The notes beneath the pieces were generated by a model. It made no database searches, had not been told where the DNA came from, and saw only the letters and a list, made by a program, of their open reading frames with translations. A DNA stretch of 64,000 nucleotides from Acidimicrobiia bacterium. Its GTDB lineage: Bacteria; Actinomycetota; Acidimicrobiia; Spongiisociales; ZC4RG35. This document shows positions 20,815-28,997 of the stretch, piece by piece. The position numbers and the translations under genes were made by a program. The stretch is taken from assembly GCA_040878345.1 (NCBI GenBank), contig JBBDML010000022.1, positions 21,130-85,129 on the forward strand, given 5' to 3'. Every line of letters starts with the position of its first letter. Positions within the stretch are counted from its first letter, which is position 1.

Positions 20815-21732
20815 ATGAATAGCGAGCTGCTCGAGCTGGCAGCCGACCTGAGCCGTCGGCACCAGCCGTTCTTGACGGCAACGGTGGTGTGGGCCCGGGG
20901 CCCCTCGTCGGGCAAACGCGGCTCGACCGCGATCATCGAGCCGGACGGAAAGGTCCACGGTTGGATCGGAGGTGCCTGCGCCGAGCCTGTGGTGATCCGG
21001 GAGGCACGTGACGCCATGTCGGACGGGAAGCCGAGACTGCTGTTCATGGGGACCGAAGACGACATCGCCTCGGTGGTGAACCGGCCGGACGTGACCACGG
21101 TGCCGATATCGTGCACATCCGAAGGGGCCATGGAGGTGTTCTTGGAGCCGATTCTCCCTCAACCGCATCTCGTCGTCGTCGGTGGCTCACCTGCGGTCAA
21201 GACACTGATGACTCTCGCCGAGACGCTCGACTGGCGTGTCGACCTGATTGGTGAGGACCTCGCCTTGCCCCAAATCGGTGCCAGCTCAGCCATCGTGATC
21301 GCCACCCAGGGTCACTACGACGAGCCTGCGGTCGAGGCGGCGCTGGCAACCAATGCCGGGTACATCGGTCTGGTGGCTTCACACAAGCGGGCCGAGACCG
21401 TCCTCGGGTATCTGCGAGACCGTGGGGTGGCGGCCGATCAGCTCGATCGGGTCGTAGCACCCGCCGGGCTCGACCTCGGCCACATCGCCCACCGCGAGAT
21501 AGGGGTGTCCATCGTGGCCGAGCTGGTGAAACGGCGCGCCTCCGGCGAGCTCCGGGGCTGGCCGATCCCGGCAGAGAGACCGCACGTGGCCATGGACCCT
21601 GTGTGCAACATGGAGATCGTGGTGGCCACCGCTCGCTGGATCAGCGAGCATGACGGGGAGACCTACTACTTCTGCGCCCCGGGCTGCAAGGCGGCGTTCG
21701 AAAGGTCGCCCGCCGAATTCGTCAGCGCATGA
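20815..21732 (+). CDS. XdhC/CoxF/CoxI-family maturation protein fused to a C-terminal YHS/TRASH metal-binding domain
   Basis: N-terminal XdhC_CoxI pattern ([27 protein letters not shown]) and a Rossmann part ([13 protein letters not shown]). The last ~45 aa, MDPVCNMEI...[14 protein letters not shown], match the YHS domain pattern. Confidence 0.8.
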   Translation: MNSELLELAADLSRRHQPFLTATVVWARGPSSGKRGSTAIIEPDGKVHGWIGGACAEPVVIREARDAMSDGKPRLLFMGTEDDIASVVNRPDVTTVPISCTSEGAMEVFLEPILPQPHLVVVGGSPAVKTLMTLAETLDWRVDLIGEDLALPQIGASSAIVIATQGHYDEPAVEAALATNAGYIGLVASHKRAETVLGYLRDRGVAADQLDRVVAPAGLDLGHIAHREIGVSIVAELVKRRASGELRGWPIPAERPHVAMDPVCNMEIVVATARWISEHDGETYYFCAPGCKAAFERSPAEFVSA

Positions 21733-22037
21733 GGAGTCAACTCGCCCTCCGAAAGAAATGGGTCGACGAGGGCAAGAGAGTGGCCGTGGCCACCGTGATC
21801 CGGGTCCATGGCAGCGCCCCGCGGCCCGAAGGATCCAAGTTCATGGTGTCCGACGCCGGTGACATGGAGGGCTCGGTCAGCGGGGGCTGCGTCGAGAACG
21901 ACGTCTTCCTCCATGCCCAGGAGGTGATCGAAACCGGCAAGGCGAGGATGGTCACCTACGGGATCGCCGACGAGGACGCATTCGAGGTCGGGATGGCCTG
22001 CGGCGGAACCATCGACGTCTTCATCGAGCCCTGGTGA
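21729..22037 (+). CDS. XdhC_CoxI N-terminal domain protein (stand-alone)
   Basis: 102 aa. [21 protein letters not shown]...[12 protein letters not shown]...[13 protein letters not shown]. Confidence 0.7.
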   Translation: MRSQLALRKKWVDEGKRVAVATVIRVHGSAPRPEGSKFMVSDAGDMEGSVSGGCVENDVFLHAQEVIETGKARMVTYGIADEDAFEVGMACGGTIDVFIEPW

Positions 22038-22810
22038 GCGACCCTCTCGAAGTGGTCCATGAGATCCTCGTCGCCGAGCGGTTCGGCTCGGTCTTGACCT
22101 TCGTTGCCGGCCCCGAGACCGGGGCGAAGGTGGTCCTCGATGATCGAGGGTCCGTCCTGGCGGGGACGATCCCCGAGGAGATCGCCGACGACCTCATCGA
22201 GGATGCGGTGACCCTGATGACCCACGAGCAGCACAGGGCCCTCGATTACGGGGAGCGCAGTGTCTTCGTGGAGACACTTGCCCCACCGCCCGACCTGCTG
22301 ATCTTCGGGGCGGTTCACATCGGGCAGGCTCTCTGCGCATTCGGGGCCCAGATGGGGTACCGGGTCACCGTCGTGGACTCCCGGTCGATGTTCGCCACCG
22401 AGGAGAGATTCCCCAATGCCCACCGGGTCTTGGTGGGTTGGCCCAGAGACCTGATGGACCAGCTCGGCTTCGACCGGCGGACCTGGGTGGTGGTCCTCTC
22501 CCACGACCCGAGACACGAGACACCACCTCTGGTGGCAGCTCTCAAGGCCGACACCCGATACATCGGGGCAATGGGCAGCCGTCGCACCCACCAACAGAGG
22601 GTGGAGCGTCTCGGCGGGATGGGCTTCACCGCCGAGGACCTGGCCCGGATCCACTCCCCGATCGGGCTCGACATCGGCGCCGAGACCCCCCAAGAGGTTG
22701 CGGTGTCGATCCTCGCCGAGATGACCCTGATCAGATACGGGGCCGGTTCCGGCCTCTCCCTCCACGGCCAGGAGGGCCGGGTCCACAAGCAGCGCCCCGA
22801 GGACGGCTAG
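22034..22810 (+). CDS. XdhC-family protein (second XdhC_CoxI-like domain plus Rossmann XdhC_C domain)
   Basis: 258 aa. [71 protein letters not shown]. The GTG start overlaps the previous stop (GTGA). Confidence 0.75.
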   Translation: MSDPLEVVHEILVAERFGSVLTFVAGPETGAKVVLDDRGSVLAGTIPEEIADDLIEDAVTLMTHEQHRALDYGERSVFVETLAPPPDLLIFGAVHIGQALCAFGAQMGYRVTVVDSRSMFATEERFPNAHRVLVGWPRDLMDQLGFDRRTWVVVLSHDPRHETPPLVAALKADTRYIGAMGSRRTHQQRVERLGGMGFTAEDLARIHSPIGLDIGAETPQEVAVSILAEMTLIRYGAGSGLSLHGQEGRVHKQRPEDG

Positions 22811-22851
22811 ACCGCCCTCACCGGGCCAAGGAGGCGGCTTAGTCTCCGGTC

Positions 22852-23472
22852 ATGCCCGTGACCATCGTCGACCACCCTCTGGCCGCTGACCTGCTCACCG
22901 TCCTCCGCGACCGTCACACCGAGCCTCCAGAGTTTCGCCAGACCGCCGAGCGGCTCGGCTATTTGTTGGTCGCAGAAGCGATCTCCGACATGGTCACCGA
23001 CGAGGTGGAGATCGACACCCCTCTCGAGACCACGCAGGGCACCAAGCTGCATCGCCCCGTGGTGGCGGTGGCGGTGCTCCGCGCCGGCCTCGGGCTGCTG
23101 GAGTCGGTGCTCACCCTGGTCCCCGACGCCGCCATCGGGTTCGCCGGGGTGCAGCGTGACGAGGAGACCGCGGAGCCGATCGAGTACTACACGAAGTTCC
23201 CGACCCTGGACGGGGCCCGCGTCCTGATCCTCGAGCCGATGTTGGCCACCGGCGGCTCCCTGTCATGGGCGGTGGGCAAGGTCAAGGAGAACGGGGCTCG
23301 CGACGTCACCGCGGTTTGTGTGGTCGCCGCACCAGAAGGGGTCGCCCGGATGGAGGTTGACCACCCCGATGTCCGCATAGTGGCCGCCACCCTCGACCGC
23401 GGCCTCAACGCCAGCTTCTACATCACACCGGGCCTGGGTGACATGGGGGACCGCCTCTTCGGGACCTTGTGA
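22852..23472 (+). CDS. upp: Uracil phosphoribosyltransferase
   Basis: 206 aa. AVAVLRAGLGLL, ILEPMLATGGS (PRPP motif), YITPGLGDMGDRLFGT. Confidence 0.9.
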   Translation: MPVTIVDHPLAADLLTVLRDRHTEPPEFRQTAERLGYLLVAEAISDMVTDEVEIDTPLETTQGTKLHRPVVAVAVLRAGLGLLESVLTLVPDAAIGFAGVQRDEETAEPIEYYTKFPTLDGARVLILEPMLATGGSLSWAVGKVKENGARDVTAVCVVAAPEGVARMEVDHPDVRIVAATLDRGLNASFYITPGLGDMGDRLFGTL

Positions 23473-23750
23473 CCGGGTTCGAAGACGCAGTGGTGGGGGT
23501 GATCGCCTCGCTCCAGCCCGGCGACGTGGTCACCTACGGGGAGGTCGCAGCCGAGGCCGGGTACCCGGGGGCCGCCAGGGCGGTGGGGACCGTTCTGCGC
23601 AAGTTGGACGCCGACATCCCCTGGTGGCGAGTCGTGGGGGCCGGGGGGCACATCAGGAGCCCTGACGTCGCCCGCCAGGCCCGTTTGTTGGGCGCCGACG
23701 GCGTCCTGGTGGTGAATGGCCGGGTCAGATTGGGGCCCGACCCGGAGTAG
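23469..23750 (+). CDS. Alkyltransferase-like (ATL) protein, MGMT DNA-binding domain without the acceptor cysteine
   Basis: 93 aa. GDVVTYGEVAAEAGYPGAARAVGTVL then IPWWRVV where O6-alkylguanine transferases have PCHRV. Confidence 0.7.
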   Translation: MTGFEDAVVGVIASLQPGDVVTYGEVAAEAGYPGAARAVGTVLRKLDADIPWWRVVGAGGHIRSPDVARQARLLGADGVLVVNGRVRLGPDPE

Positions 23751-23776
23751 CCACCGAGGAACCCACGGCCGACCCC

Positions 23777-24514
23777 GTGCGTCCAATTCCCATGAGACGC
23801 ATTCTCCTCGTAGGCACGGCCCTCCTCCTGGGGGCGTGCACCACCCAGAGCCCCGACGGCCAACCCATCATCAACGTCAACACGAGTGAGACACCGGTCG
23901 GTGTCTCGGTATCGGGCTCAGGTGAGGTCACCGGGGTCCCCGACACTCTCTCCGTCGATCTAGGAGTCTCGGTCCTTGGAGCCACCGTGTCCGAGGCGAC
24001 GTCGAGTGCCGCCACCCGGGCCGAGGCGATGATCTCAGCGTTGGTCTCGGGGGGCGTCGATCGGGCCGACATCACGACTGCCAACTACACAGTCGGCCCC
24101 GAATACGACTGGAGCAACGACCAACAGCGGCTGCTCGGATACAGGGTGGCCAACACCATCCGCGCCAAGATCCGAGACATCGCCGATGCGGGGAGCATCC
24201 TCGACTCGGCGGTGGCCGCAGGTGGCGACGCAGCCCAGATCCACAACCTCTCGTTCTCCATAGAAGACGATGCCGAGCTGGTCGAGATGGCTCGGGATGC
24301 CGCCTGGGACGAGGCCTTCAACAAGGCTGAGCAACTGGCAGGCCTCTCGGGCCAGACACTGGGCAAGGCGGTTTCGATCACCGAATCGGTCTCGTCACCA
24401 CCGATCTTCTACCCGGCGGCCCGGGCGGAGGCTGCCGACGGCTCGACACCCATCGAGCCCGGTACTTCGTCGATCACCATCACGATCCAGGTGCAGTTCT
24501 CCTTGGAGGGTTGA
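23777..24514 (+). CDS. SIMPL/DUF541-like lipoprotein
   Basis: Signal plus lipobox LLVGTALLLGAC. The body resembles the SIMPL family (VSGSGEVTGVPD.., YRVANTIRAKIRD, ITIQVQFSL). Confidence 0.7.
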   Translation: MRPIPMRRILLVGTALLLGACTTQSPDGQPIINVNTSETPVGVSVSGSGEVTGVPDTLSVDLGVSVLGATVSEATSSAATRAEAMISALVSGGVDRADITTANYTVGPEYDWSNDQQRLLGYRVANTIRAKIRDIADAGSILDSAVAAGGDAAQIHNLSFSIEDDAELVEMARDAAWDEAFNKAEQLAGLSGQTLGKAVSITESVSSPPIFYPAARAEAADGSTPIEPGTSSITITIQVQFSLEG

Positions 24515-24568
24515 GCCCGGGCCGATCGAATGCCCAGGTGGTGGTCGGAGGCGAATAGCGTGCCGCCG

Positions 24569-25867
24569 ATGGCCTACACCGCGCTGGAGCTGATCGAGAT
24601 GAAGCGCGACGGCCTCTCCCTGAGCCCCGACGCCATCGAATGGCTGATCGGCGCCTACACCCGCGACGAGGTCCCCGATTACCAGATGGCGGCGATGGCG
24701 ATGGCCATCGTCCTCAACGGGCTCGACGACACCGAGCTCTCGGCATGGACCACCGCCATGCTCCACTCCGGCGAGGTCATGGACTTCTCGGATGTCAACC
24801 GGCACAAGGTTGACAAACACTCGACCGGGGGTGTAGGTGACAAGATCTCGATACCCCTGGCGCCCCTGGTGGCGGTCTGCGGAGTGGCGGTCCCCATGAT
24901 GTCTGGGCGAGGTCTGGGCCACACCGGGGGCACCCTCGACAAGCTGGAGTCGATACCGGGGTTCACCACCGCCTTGAGCCCTTACCGCTTCAGGGAGATC
25001 CTGATCGAGCACGGGCTGGTGCTCGCCGGGCAGTCCGACACGATGGTCCCTGCCGACCGCAAGCTCTACGCCCTGCGTGACGCCACCGGCACCGTGCCCT
25101 CGATCCCGCTGATCTCGAGCTCGATCATGTCGAAGAAACTGGCGGAGGGGCTCGACGGGCTGGTCCTCGACGTCAAGACCGGCTCCGGCGCATTCATGAA
25201 GGATCTCGAACGTTCCCGCGAGCTGGCCCGGACCATGGTGGGCATCGGCAACGGCCATGGCCTGGAGACGGTCGCCCTGATCACCTCGATGGAGCAACCC
25301 CTGGGCCGTGAGGTGGGCAATGCTAGCGAGATCAGGGAGTCGGTCGAGGTCTTGCGCGGTGAGGGGCCGACCGACGTCATCGAGCTGACCCTGGCCCTCG
25401 GCGAGGTGATGCTGGAGCTCGCCGGGATCGACGGTGGCCGGGACCGGCTCCAGTCCGCAATCGACGCCGGCTCAGCCCTGGCCAAGCTGGTGGAGGTCAC
25501 CATCGCCCATGGCGGTGACCCAGGGGTGCTAGAGGACACCAGCCGTCTGGCGGTGGCCCCCCACGAAGGTCGGATCACGGCCCCGGCCGACGGATACGTC
25601 AGCAGGTGCGACGCCCTGGTGGTGGGGACCGTCGCCACCCGTCTTGGTGCAGGTCGGGAACGCATGGAGGAGACGATCGACCCCGGTGTGGGAATAACCC
25701 TCGAAGCCAAGATCGGGGACCAGGTGCGCCTCGGTGAGACCCTGGCTCGGGTCAAGTACCGGGACGAGGGGAAATGGGAGGCCCACCGGGCCCAACTGGC
25801 CTCCGCATGGGCCATCGACGACGCTCCGGCCGACCCACCCCGGCTGATCATCGACCGGATCTCGTGA
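24569..25867 (+). CDS. deoA: Thymidine/pyrimidine-nucleoside phosphorylase
   Basis: LIEMKRDG, KHSTGGVGDKISIPLAP, SGRGLGHTGGTLDKLESIPG. The ATG at 24569 was chosen inside track ORF 24530... Confidence 0.9.
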   Translation: MAYTALELIEMKRDGLSLSPDAIEWLIGAYTRDEVPDYQMAAMAMAIVLNGLDDTELSAWTTAMLHSGEVMDFSDVNRHKVDKHSTGGVGDKISIPLAPLVAVCGVAVPMMSGRGLGHTGGTLDKLESIPGFTTALSPYRFREILIEHGLVLAGQSDTMVPADRKLYALRDATGTVPSIPLISSSIMSKKLAEGLDGLVLDVKTGSGAFMKDLERSRELARTMVGIGNGHGLETVALITSMEQPLGREVGNASEIRESVEVLRGEGPTDVIELTLALGEVMLELAGIDGGRDRLQSAIDAGSALAKLVEVTIAHGGDPGVLEDTSRLAVAPHEGRITAPADGYVSRCDALVVGTVATRLGAGRERMEETIDPGVGITLEAKIGDQVRLGETLARVKYRDEGKWEAHRAQLASAWAIDDAPADPPRLIIDRIS

Positions 25868-25923
25868 CCGCCCACATCGTTAGCATCGCCCGCCCCGAAC
25901 ACTGACACGAGGAGAGACCAGGA

Positions 25924-26682
25924 ATGAAGCTGGTGGTTTGCGTCAAGCAGATCCCGGACCCAGCCACTCCCTACCGGCTGGAGGAGGGCACCGGGTGGAT
26001 GATCCGACCCGACGACCAGGTACTCGACGACACCGATCGCTACGGGGTCGAGATGGGGCTGCAGATCTCCCATGCCACCGACGGCACGGTGACCCTGGTC
26101 AGCATGGGGCCGACCGGTAACTCACAGGGGATCCGCCAGGCGCTGGCGATGGGCGCCGACAAGGCAGTGCTGGTCGACGACCCGACCCTGCGAGGGGCGG
26201 ATGCCCTGACAACCGCGCGAGTCTTGGCGGCGGCCATCGAGAGAGAGGGCTTCGACCTGGTGATAACCGGGACGGAGTCCACCGATGGCTACGCCGGTGT
26301 GCTCCCCCAGATGCTCTCCGAGCTCCTCGATGTCCCGGCCCTCACCTATGCCACCAAGGTTGAGGCCTCGGGCGAATCGGTGACCATAAATCGTCAGACG
26401 GCGGTCGGGTTCGACGTGGTCACCAGCTCATTGCCGGCCGTCGTCTCGGTCACCGCTGGGGTTGTCGAGCCCAGATACCCGACCTTCAAGGGGATCATGG
26501 ACGCCAAGAAGAAGCCGGTGGAGACACCTGCCCTGGCGGACCTCGGTAGCGGGGCGGGCGGCTCGCAGAGGGTGACCGCCATCACCCCGGCACCGGGGAG
26601 GGGTGCCGGACAGAGGATCGAGGACGACGGTCAGGCTCATCTGGCGATCATCGCCCTCCTCGAGCAGAGGAAGGTGATCTGA
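25924..26682 (+). CDS. etfB: Electron transfer flavoprotein beta subunit
   Basis: MKLVVCVKQIPD, DLVITGTESTDGYAGVLPQMLSELL. Confidence 0.9.
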   Translation: MKLVVCVKQIPDPATPYRLEEGTGWMIRPDDQVLDDTDRYGVEMGLQISHATDGTVTLVSMGPTGNSQGIRQALAMGADKAVLVDDPTLRGADALTTARVLAAAIEREGFDLVITGTESTDGYAGVLPQMLSELLDVPALTYATKVEASGESVTINRQTAVGFDVVTSSLPAVVSVTAGVVEPRYPTFKGIMDAKKKPVETPALADLGSGAGGSQRVTAITPAPGRGAGQRIEDDGQAHLAIIALLEQRKVI

Positions 26683-27629
26683 TGGCGGCGATCTGGGTAT
26701 TCGTCGAAGGCACCGACGGTGCCCCGTCAACACTGGGCCTCGAGCTGCTCGCCAAGGCGAGGGCCCTCGGCGAGGTCACCGTGGTCTACCTGGGAGAGGC
26801 CGATGCCGAGTCGATGACCACTCTCGGAGAGCACGGAGCCACTCGGGTGCTCACCGCCGACTCCGGTGAGCGACTCCCCTCCGGGCCTGTGGCCTCCGCT
26901 CTCGCCGGCCTGGCGAAGGAGTCATCGCCCGACCTGATCCTGTTCGGCCAGGCCTACACGGATCGGGACATCGCCGGCCGTCTCGCCGTCAGGCTGGGAG
27001 TCGGCATCCTCTCCAACGCCACCGACGTCAGGCTCAGCGAGGACGGTGTCGAGACCGACCACGAGATCTTCGGTGGCACCCAGGTGGCCACCGTGGCCAT
27101 GACCGGGAGGCCTTCGATCGTCCTGGCCCGCCCCAAGTCGTTCCAGGCCGAGCCGGTAGGAGGCGCCAATCCCACCGTGGAGGCCCTCGAGTTGCCGGAC
27201 ACCGGTCGCTCCGAGGCCCGCGTGGTGGAGTCCCATGTCGAGGAGCGGCAGGGCCCGCAGCTGGGCGAGGCCGCGGTCGTGGTCTCCGGTGGTCGCGGCC
27301 TTGGATCGGCCGAGGCCTATCAGCTGGTTGAGCGGCTGGCCAAGCTCTTGCGAGCGGCGACTGGCGCCACCCGGGCCATAGTCGACGCCGGCTGGGTCCC
27401 CTACGCCAAGCAGGTCGGCCAGACCGGGAAGACGGTCAAACCGAATGTCTATATCGCCTGCGGGGTCTCGGGGGCCATGCAGCACCTGGTCGGGATGAAG
27501 GACGCCGGGACCATCATCGCCATCAACAAGGACCCCGACGCCCCCATCTTCTCTGTGGCCGACCTGGGTGTCGTGGGGGACGTCCACAAGGTCATCCCCA
27601 AGCTGATAGAGGCCCTGGAGAGCCGTTAG
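26682..27629 (+). CDS. etfA: Electron transfer flavoprotein alpha subunit
   Basis: VVSGGRGLGS, ATRAIVDAGWVPYAKQVGQTGKTVKPNVYIACGVSGAMQHLVGM, IIAINKDPDAPIF. Confidence 0.9.
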   Translation: MAAIWVFVEGTDGAPSTLGLELLAKARALGEVTVVYLGEADAESMTTLGEHGATRVLTADSGERLPSGPVASALAGLAKESSPDLILFGQAYTDRDIAGRLAVRLGVGILSNATDVRLSEDGVETDHEIFGGTQVATVAMTGRPSIVLARPKSFQAEPVGGANPTVEALELPDTGRSEARVVESHVEERQGPQLGEAAVVVSGGRGLGSAEAYQLVERLAKLLRAATGATRAIVDAGWVPYAKQVGQTGKTVKPNVYIACGVSGAMQHLVGMKDAGTIIAINKDPDAPIFSVADLGVVGDVHKVIPKLIEALESR

Positions 27630-27633
27630 CCGA

Positions 27634-28023
27634 TCAGAGATCGAACCGATGGGGCAGCAGCTCGTCGAGGGTGTGTTGCCGGATCTCCGAGCCATCGCCG
27701 GCGGTCACCACGACGGTGTCGACGTCGAACTCGGACATGATCTGACGGCACCGACCACAGGGATAGGCGCCTTCCACGTCGTCGGCGTCGATGCAGGCCA
27801 CCGCCACGGTGTCGATCTTCCGCACTCCCTGGGCCACCGCGGTGCTGATGGCGGTGGCCTCGGCACAGGACGACGCCGGGTAGGCGGCATTCTCGACATT
27901 GGCCCCGGTAAAGGTCTCCCCGTTCGAGCCCACCACCACCGCCCCCACCCGGAAGTTGGAATAGGGCGAGTAGGAGCTAGTGGCAGCTGCCCTCGCCACC
28001 GACACCAGCTCTTCGTTTCTCAT
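27634..28023 (-). CDS. cdd: Cytidine deaminase
   Basis: 129 aa. Zinc motifs CAEATAI and PCGRCRQ. Confidence 0.9.
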   Translation of the reverse strand: MRNEELVSVARAAATSSYSPYSNFRVGAVVVGSNGETFTGANVENAAYPASSCAEATAISTAVAQGVRKIDTVAVACIDADDVEGAYPCGRCRQIMSEFDVDTVVVTAGDGSEIRQHTLDELLPHRFDL

Positions 28024-28994
28024 TCCTGGAGCAAGCTTGCCACAAAGCCCTCCGGGTCGAACGGCTCGAGGTCGTCGACACCCTCGCCGGTCCCCACCAG
28101 CTTGACCGGGACCCCGAGCTGGCCCTCCACCGCCACCACGATCCCACCCCGCGCCGTGCCATCCAGCTTCGCCAGGACCAAACCGGTGACCGGGATGGTG
28201 GCGGTGAACTCCCTGACCTGGGCCAGGCCGTTCTGGCCCCCAGTGGCGTCCAACACCAACAGGACCTCCCCGACACCGGCTTCACCGCCCGCCACGCGAT
28301 GGACCTTGGCCAGCTCCGCCATCAGGTCTCTGCGGGAGTGGAGACGTCCTGCGGTGTCCACGATCACCACGTCGGCCCCCTTTGACCTGGCGGCGTAAAG
28401 GGCGTCGAACACGACTGAGGCAGGGTCTCCGCCCTCCATCCCCTTGACCACCGGGACCCCGATCCGATCACCCCAGACCGCGAGTTGCTCGCCTGCCGCC
28501 GCCCGAAAGGTGTCGGCCGCGGCGAGTACCACCGACCTCCCCTCCACGGAGAGCCGGTACGCCAGCTTGGCGATGGTGGTGGTCTTGCCCGACCCATTGA
28601 CCCCCATGACCAGGATCACCGCGGGGCTCCCCTCCAGGTCGAGGTCTCGGCCTCCGACCCTGAACTCGCCCAACACCGCGGAGCTCAGGGCTGTCACCGC
28701 CTCCTCGGCGGTGGACGGAGTGCGTCTTCTCACCGACTTGACGATCCGAGCAGTGGCATCGACACCGACGTCGGCCCCGAGCAGGACCTCCGCGAGACGA
28801 TCCCAGGTCGAGTCGGACATCCCACTCCCCCAGAGACGCCGCAGCGTCTGACCCAGCGGCCCAGTGCCCTTGGTTGGTGTCTTCATGGCCGCGTCGACCT
28901 CACCACGCCGTCGGGCGGCCCCAACTGCGAGGAGGATGGCGACAGCCACCAGGACCACCATCAGGACGACGATCAGAGTCGCAGACCGGCTCAC
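28020..28994 (-). CDS. ftsY: Signal recognition particle receptor FtsY
   Basis: N-terminal TM helix, then the NG domain with GVNGSGKTTTIAKLA, DTAGRLH, AKLDGTARGG. Confidence 0.9.
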   Translation of the reverse strand: MSRSATLIVVLMVVLVAVAILLAVGAARRRGEVDAAMKTPTKGTGPLGQTLRRLWGSGMSDSTWDRLAEVLLGADVGVDATARIVKSVRRRTPSTAEEAVTALSSAVLGEFRVGGRDLDLEGSPAVILVMGVNGSGKTTTIAKLAYRLSVEGRSVVLAAADTFRAAAGEQLAVWGDRIGVPVVKGMEGGDPASVVFDALYAARSKGADVVIVDTAGRLHSRRDLMAELAKVHRVAGGEAGVGEVLLVLDATGGQNGLAQVREFTATIPVTGLVLAKLDGTARGGIVVAVEGQLGVPVKLVGTGEGVDDLEPFDPEGFVASLLQE

Positions 28995-28997
28995 CGA

